Source: Cyanobacteriota bacterium (GTDB taxonomy: Bacteria > Cyanobacteriota > Cyanobacteriia > PCC-6307 > Cyanobiaceae). Taken from it: a stretch of DNA of 64,000 nt. The stretch spans positions 64,001-128,000 of the forward strand of contig JBJOMY010000001.1 of the NCBI GenBank assembly GCA_046052125.1, given 5' to 3'. A program made the translations under genes and the position numbers. Positions 8,454 to 19,386 of the stretch are shown here, piece by piece; positions within the stretch are counted from its first letter, which is position 1; the number at the start of each line of letters is the position of its first letter. Below the pieces are notes generated by a model. That model searched no databases. It had not been told where the DNA came from and worked only from the letters and a program-made list of their open reading frames with translations.

Positions 8454-9938
8454 ATGGCAGCGTCTGACCCCACCCCGCCATTCGAGACAATGGGGGACAT
8501 CAGCGGCGCAGCTTTGGCTCCAGCCCAGCAGCACGAGCCCTCAGCAGCAGCGCGTCTGCCGGTGTTTCCGGATCCCAGGCAGCTGGATCCGGTTCTTTCC
8601 GATTTCCTGCATCAGGCCACCCAGCAGTTATGCCACTGGTGGGCTGACTCCGCCCAGCGCTCGCCGTTACCTCTCCTGAGCGTGCTGCCAGAGGTGGCGC
8701 CAGGAGTGGAGGGTTTGGCTCCATCCGCTCTGCTGGATGACCTCCAACTGGTGATGGATGGCGCCTTTAATCCGGTGCATCCGGGCTCGATGGCGCACCT
8801 GGATCCGCCGCCGCTCACAGCCTCTGTGGCTGCGGATCTGATCTGCGCTGGCCTCAACAACAATCTGCTCGCTGAGGAGCTCTCCCCCAGCCTGTCGCGC
8901 TTGGAGCGCAGCCTGTGCGGCTGGATGGCGTCGTCCCTGGGGCTTGGTGATCAGGCGGGGGGCGTTGCCGCCAGTGGCGGCAGCCTCAGCAATCTGATGG
9001 CCTTGGTGGTGGCGCGGCGGCAACGCGCTTTGGCGGGTGTGGATCAAGCGCTGGTGTTCTGCAGCGCCGATGCCCATGTGTCGATCGCCAAGGCGCTCGC
9101 GGTCATGGGCTTGCCCGCCAGTGCCCTGCGCCCGATTGCGGTGGATGCCCATGGCGCCCTGTGCCTGGATCGACTGGCGGATGCGCTCGATCAGGCGGAT
9201 GCAGCGGGGACCCCTGTGCTGGCGGTGGTGGCCACGGCTGGCACCACCGTGCGCGGTGCCGTGGATCCCTTGGCGCCAATCGCCGCTCTGTGCAGGCCGC
9301 GCGGCATCTGGCTGCATGTGGATGGAGCCATTGGTGCGGTGTTTGGGCTGAGCAGCAGCCAGCCAGCGCTGGTGCCGGATCTGGGCGTGGCCGATTCGCT
9401 CACCGTGAATCCCCAGAAGCTGCTGGGCATCACCAAAACCTCATCTCTGCTCTTGTTGCGTGAGCCCGAAGCCCTGGCGAGCTGTTTCGCCACCGGTCTG
9501 CCCTACATGGAGCCGAGTTGGGCCGATGCCCATGGCGGTGAGTGTGGGCTGCAGGGCACCCGCCCGGCTGAAGTGCTCAAGCTCTGGCTTGGCCTTCGCC
9601 AGCTGGGGCTTAGAGGGATCGAGCAATTGCTCGAGGGAGCGGTGAGCCGCCGTGCTCAACTGCAGAGCCTGTTGGCTCCGCTCCCACTTGAGCTGAGCAG
9701 CGGCCCCCTGCATCTGCTGGCTTTCACACCGAACGAGCTCGATGCAGCCGCATCAGACCTTTGGTCGCAGCAAACCCGTCAGCGGCTGCTCGAGCGGCAG
9801 TTGATGCTCTCGCGCCCCCACTACCGCGGCCGCCACCACCTCAAGGCGGTGCTGGGCAACCCTTACACCGGCTTGGCAGAACTGGAGGCGGTTGCTGAGG
9901 TGGTGGCTGACTCCTTCTCGCTTGCACCCCTCGACTGA
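8454..9938 (+). CDS. group II PLP-dependent decarboxylase
   Basis: SGGSLSNLMAL, AHVSIAKA, ATAGTTVRGAVDPL, WLHVDGA, TVNPQKLL; start uncertain. Confidence 0.88.
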   Translation: MAASDPTPPFETMGDISGAALAPAQQHEPSAAARLPVFPDPRQLDPVLSDFLHQATQQLCHWWADSAQRSPLPLLSVLPEVAPGVEGLAPSALLDDLQLVMDGAFNPVHPGSMAHLDPPPLTASVAADLICAGLNNNLLAEELSPSLSRLERSLCGWMASSLGLGDQAGGVAASGGSLSNLMALVVARRQRALAGVDQALVFCSADAHVSIAKALAVMGLPASALRPIAVDAHGALCLDRLADALDQADAAGTPVLAVVATAGTTVRGAVDPLAPIAALCRPRGIWLHVDGAIGAVFGLSSSQPALVPDLGVADSLTVNPQKLLGITKTSSLLLLREPEALASCFATGLPYMEPSWADAHGGECGLQGTRPAEVLKLWLGLRQLGLRGIEQLLEGAVSRRAQLQSLLAPLPLELSSGPLHLLAFTPNELDAAASDLWSQQTRQRLLERQLMLSRPHYRGRHHLKAVLGNPYTGLAELEAVAEVVADSFSLAPLD

Positions 9939-10162
9939 TGAGCACTCCTCCGACCCGCGGCCGCTGGGTGGCCATCGTGACGGGCGCCATTTCCATCCTG
10001 ATTGCAGCGGCCTACCTGGTGTTGATCACCGTGCTCGATGCGCGGGGCCCCCTGCAGCCACCTCCTCCTGAGGCGCTCGGGCTGGCGCCTAGCGCCCCCC
10101 AGGTTGGGGCGGCAGCCGCTCCTGCTTCTGCTGACGCTGCAACGGTTCCACAACGCGGTTGA
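9938..10162 (+). CDS. small membrane hypothetical protein
   Basis: ATG overlaps the upstream TGA; one TM helix then LDARGPLQPPPPEA. Confidence 0.65.
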   Translation: MSTPPTRGRWVAIVTGAISILIAAAYLVLITVLDARGPLQPPPPEALGLAPSAPQVGAAAAPASADAATVPQRG

Positions 10163-11666
10163 AGGCCGCTGCCAGAAAAGCGCTCAGCGCGGAATCGCGG
10201 CGGTTGAGGTCGTATTGGCGCTGCACCACGTCCTGGATGCCGCCGTCGCCCCAATCCTGGTCCTGTTCGAAATAGGTGATGAAGCTGCGCCCGGCCACCC
10301 GGGTGAGCCAGCCCGCCCCCACCGCTTGAACCGCCCGGCTCAGCACCAGGGCGGGCACATTTAGGCTGAGGGCTGCGCTGATCAGTCCCATTCCCCCTTT
10401 GATCACGCCAAGGCTGGCGAGCGTGCGCCCCACCGACACCGCCAGCTCCTGGGCGGCCGGGCGACTCAAGCTGATGCCGTAGATCCGGCCGATCTCCACC
10501 ACCATCTGGGCATTCATCGCCGCTGCACCCAGCAGGTCAACGCCTGGCAGCGGTGTGGCCGCAATCACCCCGGCGCTGATCCAGCTGTAGCGATCCACCA
10601 CCGTGTTGGCATCTTGTTGGCGCTGCTCGTTGAGCAGCCTGCGCCCGGCCTCGCTGAGCCGGCGACTCTGCAACAGGATGTTGTCGGCGATCAGCTCCTC
10701 GCCGTCGCTGTGCAGCACTTGAGCGATGCGACGCAACAGCGCATCAATCTCAGGCTCGGGCTGTAAGGGCTTGCCACCGGGCATCGGCACCGATTGCGGT
10801 GCGGCGCTGGCGGGAATCACATCTTCAGCAGCAATTTTTCCCTGGCAGCGCCGGCGCAGCAACGCGAGCAGGCGCTGCTCCTCATCGCGGCCGCGCAGAT
10901 CGCACTTGTTGAGCACCAGCAGCAGCCGTTTGCCCAATTGCGCGAGTGCGGCAAACACCTCCTGCTCCGCCGCCCGCAGATCGCCATCCACCACCAGCAC
11001 CAGCAGGTCGGCATTGGCGGCTTCCGCGCGGGCCTGCTGTTCCCGCCGCTGCCCCTCACTGCCAGCTTCCAGGATCCCGGGTGTGTCCACCAGCTTGAGC
11101 CCACGGCTGAGGTTGCGCAGCCTCAGGCGGTAGCTCACGCAGGCATCCGTGGATCCCATCGCCGCGCCCACCTGCCCCACCACGTCCTTCAGCAGCGCGC
11201 GAATCAGCGAGGTTTTGCCGGCTGAGCCGGTGCCGAACACCACCACCAGTAGATCGCCGCGCTCTAGTTCGGCTGCGACCCGCTGCCGTTCCTGTTGCAG
11301 TGCTTCCCGTTGCACCTCATCGCGAATCCGCTCCAGGAGTTGATCCACGGCCTCGAGTTGCTGTTGCGCCGCCTCCTGGCGGTTACCCGGTGGTGGCGGC
11401 AGAGCAGAGCTTGCCGTTTTGGTGCTTCGGTTGGGCATCCGCCAGCCATTGCGGCGCCAGGCCTCCAGCCACGGCCAGGCCACCCGCGCCATCAGCAAGG
11501 TGGCGCCTCCGAACAGCAGGAGCGTGAACGGACCCACCAGCCAGGCCGGCAGCAGATAGCTCAGCTGCCAGATCAGGTTGTTCACGGCCTGCAGCACGGC
11601 GGTGATCACCACCAGCACCAGCAGCCCCCCGCCGAGCCAGAGCCAGAGCCGCGCAGGTGCTTTCAC
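10089..11666 (-). CDS. YcjF/DUF697-family protein with Era-like GTPase domain and N-terminal TM helices
   Basis: GTGSAGKTS (G1), DTPG (G3), NKCD (G4); ATPLPGVDLL and DWGDGG in the C-terminal domain. Confidence 0.88.
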   Translation of the reverse strand: MKAPARLWLWLGGGLLVLVVITAVLQAVNNLIWQLSYLLPAWLVGPFTLLLFGGATLLMARVAWPWLEAWRRNGWRMPNRSTKTASSALPPPPGNRQEAAQQQLEAVDQLLERIRDEVQREALQQERQRVAAELERGDLLVVVFGTGSAGKTSLIRALLKDVVGQVGAAMGSTDACVSYRLRLRNLSRGLKLVDTPGILEAGSEGQRREQQARAEAANADLLVLVVDGDLRAAEQEVFAALAQLGKRLLLVLNKCDLRGRDEEQRLLALLRRRCQGKIAAEDVIPASAAPQSVPMPGGKPLQPEPEIDALLRRIAQVLHSDGEELIADNILLQSRRLSEAGRRLLNEQRQQDANTVVDRYSWISAGVIAATPLPGVDLLGAAAMNAQMVVEIGRIYGISLSRPAAQELAVSVGRTLASLGVIKGGMGLISAALSLNVPALVLSRAVQAVGAGWLTRVAGRSFITYFEQDQDWGDGGIQDVVQRQYDLNRRDSALSAFLAAAFNRVVEPLQRQQKQERLPPQPGGR

Positions 11667-11678
11667 GGGATCAGGGCC

Positions 11679-13808
11679 TCAGCGCAGGGTGGTGCCGCGA
11701 TCGAGGCTGCCTCGACCGGCTGAGCGGATGATCTCGCCCCAGAGCTCAGCCGCCAAGGCACTGCTCGCACCCGTGGGGCTGTTGTCGTCATTGCCGAGCC
11801 ACACGCCTGCCACCCAGTGGCGGCTGGGTTCGTAGCCAATGAAGAGCAGATCCCGGCCGTCGTTGGTGGTGCCGGTTTTGCCGCCCTCCTCTCCGCCCAG
11901 CCGTGCAGCCCGGCCGGTGCCATGGCGCACCACGCTGCGCAGCAGGCCTTGCATCTGGCGCGCCTGCGCTTCGCTGAGCACCCGCCGCCCGGTCGTGAGG
12001 CGTTGCTCTGAGCCGTTGGATCCCGTGCGCTGTTGCTCCGCATCGGTCAGTTGCCGGATGGTGGTGGCTGGGTGCCAAATGCCGTTGTTGGCCACGGCGC
12101 CATAGGCCGCCGTGAGCTCGATCAACAGCACTTCCGCCTGGCCGAGGGCCAGGCCCGGCACCGGTTCGAGCGGGCTGGTGATGCCCAGCCGGCGGGCGGT
12201 CTCCACCAAGCGCTCCAGCCCGACGCGACGGGCCAGGCGCAGGGCTGCTGTGTTGCTCGAGCTGGCGAAGGCCGATTGCAGGCTCAGGCTGCCGCCGCAA
12301 CCGCTCTCAAAGCGTTGCCCTCCCCATTCGAGCGGGCCACAGCCCACGGAATCGCTGGGTTGAATCCCCAGCTCCAGCGCCGCCAGATAGGCAAACAGCT
12401 TGAAGGTGCTTCCCGGTTGGCGCAGGGCCATGCTCGCCCGGTTGTATTGGCTCTGGCTGTAGTCCCGTCCACCAGCGATGGCCAGAACGCCGCCGCTGCG
12501 GCTGTCGAGCACCACCACCGCCCCCTGCTGAGGCCCAGCGCCGGAGTTGAGCAGGTTGCGCAGGCGCCGCTCCACCACCTGCTGCAGAACTGGATCGAGG
12601 TAGGTGCTCACCAGGAAGTTGCCCTCCGCGGCCACATCCGCCCCGAGTAACGCCTCGAGATCGCGCTTCACCTGATCGGTGTAGAAGGGCACCGGCTGCC
12701 CTGTTCCCGCGGCGTCGGCGCTGCAGGCTTGGGGTGCCAATCGCAGCGGTTGTCGCCGGGCCCGCCTGGCCTGCACTTGGCCCAGACGGCCGGCCTCCAC
12801 CATCTTCAGCAGCACCCGGTTGCGTGCATTCAGCGCTCCCTGGGGGTTGCTGCAGGGGTCAAAGCCATGGGGTGAAGGGAGCAGGCCCACCAGGAGAGCG
12901 GCCTCCTCCAACTGCAGCTGGCGCGCTGGCTTGGCGAAATAGCGGCGCGAAGCGTCTTCGAATCCCCAGCCAACCCCGAGATACACCCGGTTGAGATAGC
13001 TGAGCAGCAGATCGCGTTTGCTGTGGCCGGCTTCGAGCTGCAGGGCAACCAGCAGTTCGCGCCATTTGCGCCCCAGGGTTTCACCGCGCCCCACCTGCTC
13101 GGGATAGAGGCTGCGGGCCAATTGTTGGGTGAGGGTGCTGCCGCCCTCCAGCACCCGTCCGCCGCTGAGGTTGGTGACCAACGCCCGTGCCGTGCCGATC
13201 GGGTCAATGCCTGGGTGCCACCAGAACCGGCTGTCTTCGCTGGCCAGCAGCGCGTCCACCAGCACCGCTGGATAGCCGTTCAGAGCGCGCTGTTCTTGAT
13301 GCTGCTGGGAGTCCGCGGCGATTAACGGCCGATCCGCGCCGTCGAACAGCAACACCGGCCCACGGCTAGCGCCGAGACCCGCGCGAATCGGCACCTGCAG
13401 GCGCCCGAGGCCCAACAGCGCCAATCCGCTGATCGCCACCGCTGCCACAGCTGCGCTACCCCCAAGGCGCAACCGCTGCCAGAGGCGCCGCGCCGGTTGA
13501 TGAAACTCCATCTCGGCACTGGCCTCATCGGCATCCGGGGCCAACTGGATCCGATCGCCGTCGCAGAGCAGCAGTTGTTGGATGCGGCGGCCCCGCCACC
13601 AGAGGCCATTGGTGGATTGGAGATCACTCAGCAGCCAGGCATCGCCCACCTGCTCGAGCAGGGCATGCTGCAAGCTCACGCCGGGGGCATCAAGGCGGAT
13701 CTCCGCTGAGGGATCGCGGCCAATGCGGTAGGCCCCGCTCACCAAGGTGAGGCGTTGAGAAGAGGCGCCGCTGACGGACCAGCGAAGCTCAGCGGGCCGG
13801 GCGGTCAT
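11679..13808 (-). CDS. FHA-domain class A penicillin-binding protein (transglycosylase + transpeptidase)
   Basis: IGRD..VSLQHA..DLQSTNG (FHA); [21 protein letters not shown] (GT51); STFK, SSN, KTGT (TP motifs). Confidence 0.92.
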   Translation of the reverse strand: MTARPAELRWSVSGASSQRLTLVSGAYRIGRDPSAEIRLDAPGVSLQHALLEQVGDAWLLSDLQSTNGLWWRGRRIQQLLLCDGDRIQLAPDADEASAEMEFHQPARRLWQRLRLGGSAAVAAVAISGLALLGLGRLQVPIRAGLGASRGPVLLFDGADRPLIAADSQQHQEQRALNGYPAVLVDALLASEDSRFWWHPGIDPIGTARALVTNLSGGRVLEGGSTLTQQLARSLYPEQVGRGETLGRKWRELLVALQLEAGHSKRDLLLSYLNRVYLGVGWGFEDASRRYFAKPARQLQLEEAALLVGLLPSPHGFDPCSNPQGALNARNRVLLKMVEAGRLGQVQARRARRQPLRLAPQACSADAAGTGQPVPFYTDQVKRDLEALLGADVAAEGNFLVSTYLDPVLQQVVERRLRNLLNSGAGPQQGAVVVLDSRSGGVLAIAGGRDYSQSQYNRASMALRQPGSTFKLFAYLAALELGIQPSDSVGCGPLEWGGQRFESGCGGSLSLQSAFASSSNTAALRLARRVGLERLVETARRLGITSPLEPVPGLALGQAEVLLIELTAAYGAVANNGIWHPATTIRQLTDAEQQRTGSNGSEQRLTTGRRVLSEAQARQMQGLLRSVVRHGTGRAARLGGEEGGKTGTTNDGRDLLFIGYEPSRHWVAGVWLGNDDNSPTGASSALAAELWGEIIRSAGRGSLDRGTTLR

Positions 13809-14259
13809 GGCGCCCATCCTGACGGCGGAGCAGATCGATCAGCAGGCAAAGCACCGCCAGGTTGATGGCGGTGTCGGCCAGGTTGAACACCGGGAAGCTG
13901 ATCGGCACGAACTCGAGGAAATCCACCACGCTGCCGAGGCGCCAGCGATCTAGGCCGTTGCCGATCGCTCCGCCGAGCAGCAGCCCTAAGCCCAGGCTTT
14001 GCCAGCGGCTCAGAGAACCACTGGTTTGAATCCACCACACCAGCGCCAGCGCCACCACGGCGCTCACCAGACCGAGGCCAAAGGCATTGCCCTCGAGCAT
14101 GCTGAAGGCGGCTCCGGTGTTGAACACCAGCCTCTGCTGCAGCAGCCCGGGGATCAACGGCTGAACCCCGCGCCCGCTGAGCTGGTGCAGGGCCCAGAGT
14201 TTGCTGAGCTGATCGCTCACCACCACCACCAGAGCGGTGAGATAGGCGCGGCGGATCAT
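13789..14259 (-). CDS. lspA: lipoprotein signal peptidase II
   Basis: [36 protein letters not shown] 14259 overlaps the bioY stop. Confidence 0.95.
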   Translation of the reverse strand: MIRRAYLTALVVVVSDQLSKLWALHQLSGRGVQPLIPGLLQQRLVFNTGAAFSMLEGNAFGLGLVSAVVALALVWWIQTSGSLSRWQSLGLGLLLGGAIGNGLDRWRLGSVVDFLEFVPISFPVFNLADTAINLAVLCLLIDLLRRQDGRHDRPAR

Positions 14260-14828
14260 CACTCCAGCAGCAGCAGACGCCTGAGGGCTAGGGCGACAAG
14301 CCCCACGGCGCAGCAGAGCAACAACTGAGGCAGCAGTGGGCCAAAGCTGTAGTTGATCAACAACTGAGGCAACGCTCCGTTCCAGCGTCCTACCAGACCG
14401 CCCAACAGAAGATTGGTCAGCCCGCACAGCTGAAGCACCAGCAACCCGAGAACGGCAGCGCCTGTGAGGCTGAGGACGTTGTCCATCCCCGGCTGTTTGG
14501 CGATCCGACCACTCAGCCAGGCAGCTGGCAAAAAGCCGGCGATGTAGCCAAACCCTGGATCCAACAGGTAGTTGAGGCCGCCACCGGCCTGGAACACGGG
14601 CAGCTGAAACAGGCCCAGGCTGATGTAGGCCACACCGGCCAACATCGCCGAACGGGCCCCACACACCAAGGCGGTGAGCAGCAGGGCAGGCACCTGAAGG
14701 GTGATCGGTAGCGGGATCAGCGCAAAGCCGCTGGCGCCATAGCCAGGCAGGGCGGCCTGAACCAGCCCACCGCAGATGATCAGCAACAACCCGGCAACGG
14801 CACCGCTCCAGTTGGTGAGGGCTCGCAC
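14259..14828 (-). CDS. bioY: biotin transporter BioY
   Basis: LPITLQVP, YISLGLFQLPVFQAGGGLNYLLDPGFGYIAGF; GTG start 14828. Confidence 0.9.
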   Translation of the reverse strand: MRALTNWSGAVAGLLLIICGGLVQAALPGYGASGFALIPLPITLQVPALLLTALVCGARSAMLAGVAYISLGLFQLPVFQAGGGLNYLLDPGFGYIAGFLPAAWLSGRIAKQPGMDNVLSLTGAAVLGLLVLQLCGLTNLLLGGLVGRWNGALPQLLINYSFGPLLPQLLLCCAVGLVALALRRLLLLE

Positions 14829-14894
14829 GACAGGCCTGTGTGATGACTCCCATCCTGCAGGAGAGTGGTTGCTTCGCAACCGTTCGTTGGTGGA

Positions 14895-15134
14895 ATGACG
14901 GATCCTGCAGACGCCTCCCTGCCTTTCCCGATCGGATCCCAGGTGCGGCTGCGCAGCCTTCCGGCCTATCTCAAAACCGCTGACCCCATGCCGATGCTGC
15001 GGCCGCCGGATCTGGTGGATGCCGCTGAGGTGGGTGAAGTGGTGGGTCTTCGGGCGCTGGAGCAACTGGCGGTGCGGTTTCGCCGCGGCACCTTTCTGCT
15101 GGAGGCCCGTCAGCTCGAACCGGCCAGAGACTGA
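14895..15134 (+). CDS. sipA: NblS/Hik33-interacting regulator SipA (DUF3148)
   Basis: YLKTADPMPMLRPPDLV and AVRFRRGTFLL motifs. Confidence 0.88.
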   Translation: MTDPADASLPFPIGSQVRLRSLPAYLKTADPMPMLRPPDLVDAAEVGEVVGLRALEQLAVRFRRGTFLLEARQLEPARD

Positions 15135-16423
15135 GGCTGCGAACGGCTCAGGCTGTGCCGCCGCCAGACGGCTTCGGCCTGCTCCAGGGCTGAGGCCGGT
15201 CCGCAGAGGCTGAGGCTGGGTGCCGCCAGGAGCGTGCGGGCTGCAGCCAGAAGATCGTCCGGGCGCAGCTGAGAGGCTTCCGCCAGGCTGCGGTCGGCAA
15301 AATCAAAGGGCAAGCCGTGACCCAACACCAGGGCATGGCGATCGGCAATTTGGCTGCTGGTCTGGCGGCCTAGGGCTTCCTGGCCGCGGAACTTCGCTAA
15401 CGCCAGCTCCAGCTCCGCTTCGCTGATCGGTTGATCGAGCAGCCGTTGCCACTCCTGCAGGAGTTCTGTGGTGGCTTCAGCGGCACGCTCGCTGCTGCTG
15501 GAGAGGTGAAACACGAAGGGGGCATCGCCCAGGCGCGCTGGGAAGTGCACGCCCACGTCGTAGGCGAGGCCGTGTTCTTCCCGGAGTGCTACGAACAAGC
15601 GGCTCGACATGCCCACCCCCAGGTGGCAGTGCAGCAACCGCAGTGCCAGGGCCTGAGGCGCGCCCAAAGGCGTGGTGGTGGCACCAAGCATCAGCACCAG
15701 CTGTTCGGTGTCGTCGTTGCTGAGGGCAATGGCGGGTTGGTTCGCACCTTGCGGGCCACTGCTGCGCCGCGGGGGCTGGCACGGCCAGTGGGCATCGGTG
15801 ACGCCGGCGAGCAGCAGCTCCTCCACGTTGGCGGGGATCTCACCGGCCAACACCATCACCGCTCCGCTTTGTCCATAGCTGGAGGCGAGCTGCTGGAGCT
15901 GATCGCGCGTAACGCTCCGCAGGTCAGCGTCCACACCCAGCGGATCATGGCCGTAGGGCCCTTCGCCGTAGAGCAGTTGACGCAGCTGATCGTGGGCTAG
16001 TTGGAAGGGGTCTTCCTTCTGGCGCTGCAGCGTTTGCAGGTTGAGTTGCCGCTCCAGATCGATCTGGTCGCTCACCAGCCAGGGTTGCTGGACCATCTGC
16101 AGCAGCAGCGGTAACAGCGATGGGGCATCGCTGCTCGCGCATTTGAGGCTGAGCAAGGTGCCGTCTTCTGCCGCTTCGCAGCGCAGCCCCGCCCCAGAGC
16201 CCTCCACGAGATCGGCCAGGGCATCGCCACTCAAGCTGCCGCAGCCGCGGCTGAGCACACCCGCCAGCAATTGCGCCGCACCGCGCTGACCGCTCGGGTC
16301 GGCGCTGCTGCCGCCGCGCATCCACAACTTCGCCGAGAGGATGCCCGCGCCTGGGCGCTCGATCAGCCAGAGCGGGCAGCCGCCGGGCAGCATGCGGGTC
16401 TGAATCAATCCAGCCGCGCTCAT
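15110..16423 (-). CDS. M16 family peptidase, non-catalytic-type subunit
   Basis: M16 fold (GMSSRLFVALREEHGLAYDV) but the HxxEH motif is replaced by QLLAG. Confidence 0.85.
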   Translation of the reverse strand: MSAAGLIQTRMLPGGCPLWLIERPGAGILSAKLWMRGGSSADPSGQRGAAQLLAGVLSRGCGSLSGDALADLVEGSGAGLRCEAAEDGTLLSLKCASSDAPSLLPLLLQMVQQPWLVSDQIDLERQLNLQTLQRQKEDPFQLAHDQLRQLLYGEGPYGHDPLGVDADLRSVTRDQLQQLASSYGQSGAVMVLAGEIPANVEELLLAGVTDAHWPCQPPRRSSGPQGANQPAIALSNDDTEQLVLMLGATTTPLGAPQALALRLLHCHLGVGMSSRLFVALREEHGLAYDVGVHFPARLGDAPFVFHLSSSSERAAEATTELLQEWQRLLDQPISEAELELALAKFRGQEALGRQTSSQIADRHALVLGHGLPFDFADRSLAEASQLRPDDLLAAARTLLAAPSLSLCGPASALEQAEAVWRRHSLSRSQPQSLAGSS

Positions 16424-17685
16424 GAGGGCACCGCCTGCAGGCTGAAGGCCCGATCCGGATGCAGCAGAGGAATTACCTCACGGCTCAGCCGATCGCAGCT
16501 CCAGTCGTTGAGCCAGTCGAGCGGGCGCTGCAGGTTGTGGTGCCGGCCCCAGAGCTGGCTGTTGCCCACCATGGCGGCCACGGATCCCGCCACCTCCAGG
16601 CTGAAGCGATAGCCGTTGCCCACCAGGCGCTTGGCGCGCTCGAGCTCCGCCTCTGCGGGTGGTTGTTCGATCAGCTCGAACAACACACGCCGCACCTGCT
16701 GCTCCACCTCCTGCAGCTGCTCGGGCTCACACACCGCCTCCAGCAGCACCAGGCAGCCGGATTCGAGCACGTTGAGATCGAGATCAATGCTCTCCACCAG
16801 CCGCAGCCGCTCGCGCAGCTGCTCCACCAGCCGGCTGCGGCGCCCTTCCGCCAGCAGGGTGGTGAGCAGATCGCCACCCATCACCGTGTCTTGATCAGCG
16901 GCGCCGGGGAGTTGCCAGGCCATCAGCAGCCGGGCTGCCTCCAGGCGCTGCAGCTCAATGCGGGTGTGGCCTGGCTGCAGCTGCAACCTGGGGATCGCGG
17001 CCAAGGGCTCAGCCTTGGCCAGGCTGCTCAGAGGTGAATCGTTGAGCGCGGCATCGAGATCAAGACCCGCCAGCGGACCGGCTAGGGCCAGGCAACAGCG
17101 ATCGGCTCGGTAGTGGCGCTGATGGAAGGCCGCCATCGCCTCGGGGCTGTGGGCCTCGAGCGCGTCCCGGCGGCCCAGGATCGGTAGTCCGTAGGCGTGG
17201 CTGCCGCAGGCCTGGCGCAGCAGCTCTTGAAACGCCACCTCTTCAGGTTGGTCTTCGCTCTGGGCGAGCTCCTCGAGCACCACCTGGCGTTCCATGGCGA
17301 AGTCGTCGCCATCGAGCCGCGGCTGCAGCACCAGATCGAGCAGCAGCTCGAGCGCCTGCGGCGCCGCTTCGGGCGGCATCAGCACGTGGTAGTGCACGTC
17401 GTCGAAGCCCGTGGCGGCATTGCTGTTGCCGCCCAGGGCCTCCACCTTCAGATCGAATTCACCGGCCTCGAGGCTTTGGCTGCCCTTGAACACCATGTGT
17501 TCAAGAAAGTGGGCCAGACCCGATTCATCGCTGCGTTCGCAGGCGCTGCCAGCTCGGCACCACAGATCGAGGCACACCACCGGAGCCTGCGGCAGATCGA
17601 TCTGCACGAGATTCACGCCATTGCCGAGGGTGCGGCGCTGCGGCTCCGGCAACGGCTGGTGAATCAAACCGGGCGACGCGGGCAA
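16420..17685 (-). CDS. M16 family zinc peptidase, catalytic subunit
   Basis: [13 protein letters not shown] (HxxEH), [15 protein letters not shown]. Confidence 0.92.
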   Translation of the reverse strand: MPASPGLIHQPLPEPQRRTLGNGVNLVQIDLPQAPVVCLDLWCRAGSACERSDESGLAHFLEHMVFKGSQSLEAGEFDLKVEALGGNSNAATGFDDVHYHVLMPPEAAPQALELLLDLVLQPRLDGDDFAMERQVVLEELAQSEDQPEEVAFQELLRQACGSHAYGLPILGRRDALEAHSPEAMAAFHQRHYRADRCCLALAGPLAGLDLDAALNDSPLSSLAKAEPLAAIPRLQLQPGHTRIELQRLEAARLLMAWQLPGAADQDTVMGGDLLTTLLAEGRRSRLVEQLRERLRLVESIDLDLNVLESGCLVLLEAVCEPEQLQEVEQQVRRVLFELIEQPPAEAELERAKRLVGNGYRFSLEVAGSVAAMVGNSQLWGRHHNLQRPLDWLNDWSCDRLSREVIPLLHPDRAFSLQAVPS

Positions 17686-17755
17686 CGGATCGTGCGCTGT
17701 GTCTGAAGCCTCATTCTGCTGTCAGGATCGGCAGCCTGTCGCCGGGGAATCCCCC

Positions 17756-18487
17756 ATGAGTTCTGCTGCCCTGGGCGTTCATCCGCTGGTGGATGCGCTG
17801 GCTGATCAGATCCGAGTCTCCTGGCAGGAGCTGCCCGAGCTGCAGCCTCTGGAGGTGGATCCCGAGCTCGAGGCGATCAGCGGCAGCCTCGATGGTGAAG
17901 CGCTGTTCATCCGTAATGAGCTGCGCCAGTGCCGTGGCCTGCGCAAGCTCCACCTGGAAACGGCGCGGCTGGGAGCCGGTCTGCAGATCCTGCACTGCGT
18001 GTTCTTCCCAGACCCCCGCTTTGATCTGCCGGTTTTCGGCGCCGACATCGTCGCCGGCAGAGGAGTGGTGTCCGCCGCGATCGTGGATCTCTCGCCGGTC
18101 ACTGGCGCCCTGCCTGAGGCTGTGGCTACCCGGCTTGAAGCGTTGCCGGCGCGCAGCTTCAGCCAGGAGCGAGAGCTGCCTGAATGGGGCACGATTTTTT
18201 CGCCCTACGTGCGCTTTGTGCGGCCGGCGGATCCAGAGGAGGAGCAGCAGTTCATCTCCGTGGTGACGGATTTTCTGCGGGTGCTCGCCGCCGCTTGTGC
18301 GGAAGCCCAACCGCAACCGATCGATCACCCGGATACGGTGAAACGGCACGAGGGTCAGCTCTCCTATTGCCGGCAACAGAAACGCAACGACAAAACCCGC
18401 CGGGTGCTGGAGAAAGCCTTCAATCCGGACTGGGCCGATCGCTACATCGAGGAGCTGCTGTTCGACGACCCCTTGCCGCTCGACTGA
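17756..18487 (+). CDS. pcyA: phycocyanobilin:ferredoxin oxidoreductase
   Basis: [46 protein letters not shown]. Confidence 0.96.
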   Translation: MSSAALGVHPLVDALADQIRVSWQELPELQPLEVDPELEAISGSLDGEALFIRNELRQCRGLRKLHLETARLGAGLQILHCVFFPDPRFDLPVFGADIVAGRGVVSAAIVDLSPVTGALPEAVATRLEALPARSFSQERELPEWGTIFSPYVRFVRPADPEEEQQFISVVTDFLRVLAAACAEAQPQPIDHPDTVKRHEGQLSYCRQQKRNDKTRRVLEKAFNPDWADRYIEELLFDDPLPLD

Positions 18488-19386
18488 TGACTCGCCCCTG
18501 GCTCCTGGCCGGAGGTGGCTTGGTGCTGGTGATTGCGCTCCTGGCCGTGGGCCGCACGATCACCAAACCCGCTGCAGCTCCTCCAAAACCGGCTGTACTC
18601 AGCGCTCCGCGCGTTGAGGCCGTCTCGGCCCTGGGCACGCTCCAGCCTGGAGGTGACATCCGCAAACTGGCGGCACCCACCAGTGCCATGGGCGGAAGCC
18701 CGCGGCTGCTTTCGCTCCAGGTGGAAGAGGGGCAGCGGGTGCAGCAAGGGCAGCTGCTCGCCACCTTTGATAGCCGCCCGCGCTTGGTGGCGGACCTCGC
18801 TGCCGTGACTGCGCGGATCGACAGCCTGCAGGCTCAGATCCGGATGCAGCGGCGTGAAGTGGAGCGCTACCAGCGCGCCGCCAGCTCTGGCGCCGCCGCC
18901 CTGGTGCTGCTGGAGGAGAAGAAAGACGATCTCGTGAAGCTGGAGGGGCAGCTCCGCGAAGCGCTGGCCCAGCGCAAGGGCCTGCAGGTGGACCTGGCGG
19001 ACAGTGAGTTGCGTGCACCTCTGGCTGGCACGGTGCTCAAGATCCACAGCCGCGTGGGTGAGCGCCCGGGCAACGACGGCGTGCTCGAACTGGGCGCCGG
19101 CGATCAGATGGAGGCCGTGGCGGAGGTGTACGAGAGCGACATCAACCGCGTGAAGCTCGGCCAACGCGTGAGCCTGGTGAGTGAAAACGGCGGCTTTAGC
19201 GGCAGCCTTGAAGCTCGGGTGATTCGTATCTCTCCTCAGGTGCGCCAACGCGCCGTTCTCTCCACCGATCCCACCGGTGATGCCGATGCGCGTGTGGTGG
19301 AGGTGCGTCTTGCCCTCGATCCCGCCGATGCCGCCAAGGTGCGTGATCGAGCGGGCCTGAAGCTGATCGCCCGCTTTAGCCCGTGA
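18487..19386 (+). CDS. devB: HlyD-family membrane fusion protein of a DevBCA-type exporter
   Basis: N-terminal TM, lipoyl-like VEEGQRVQQGQLL, coiled coil, AEVYESDI; ATG overlaps the pcyA TGA. Confidence 0.85.
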   Translation: MTRPWLLAGGGLVLVIALLAVGRTITKPAAAPPKPAVLSAPRVEAVSALGTLQPGGDIRKLAAPTSAMGGSPRLLSLQVEEGQRVQQGQLLATFDSRPRLVADLAAVTARIDSLQAQIRMQRREVERYQRAASSGAAALVLLEEKKDDLVKLEGQLREALAQRKGLQVDLADSELRAPLAGTVLKIHSRVGERPGNDGVLELGAGDQMEAVAEVYESDINRVKLGQRVSLVSENGGFSGSLEARVIRISPQVRQRAVLSTDPTGDADARVVEVRLALDPADAAKVRDRAGLKLIARFSP

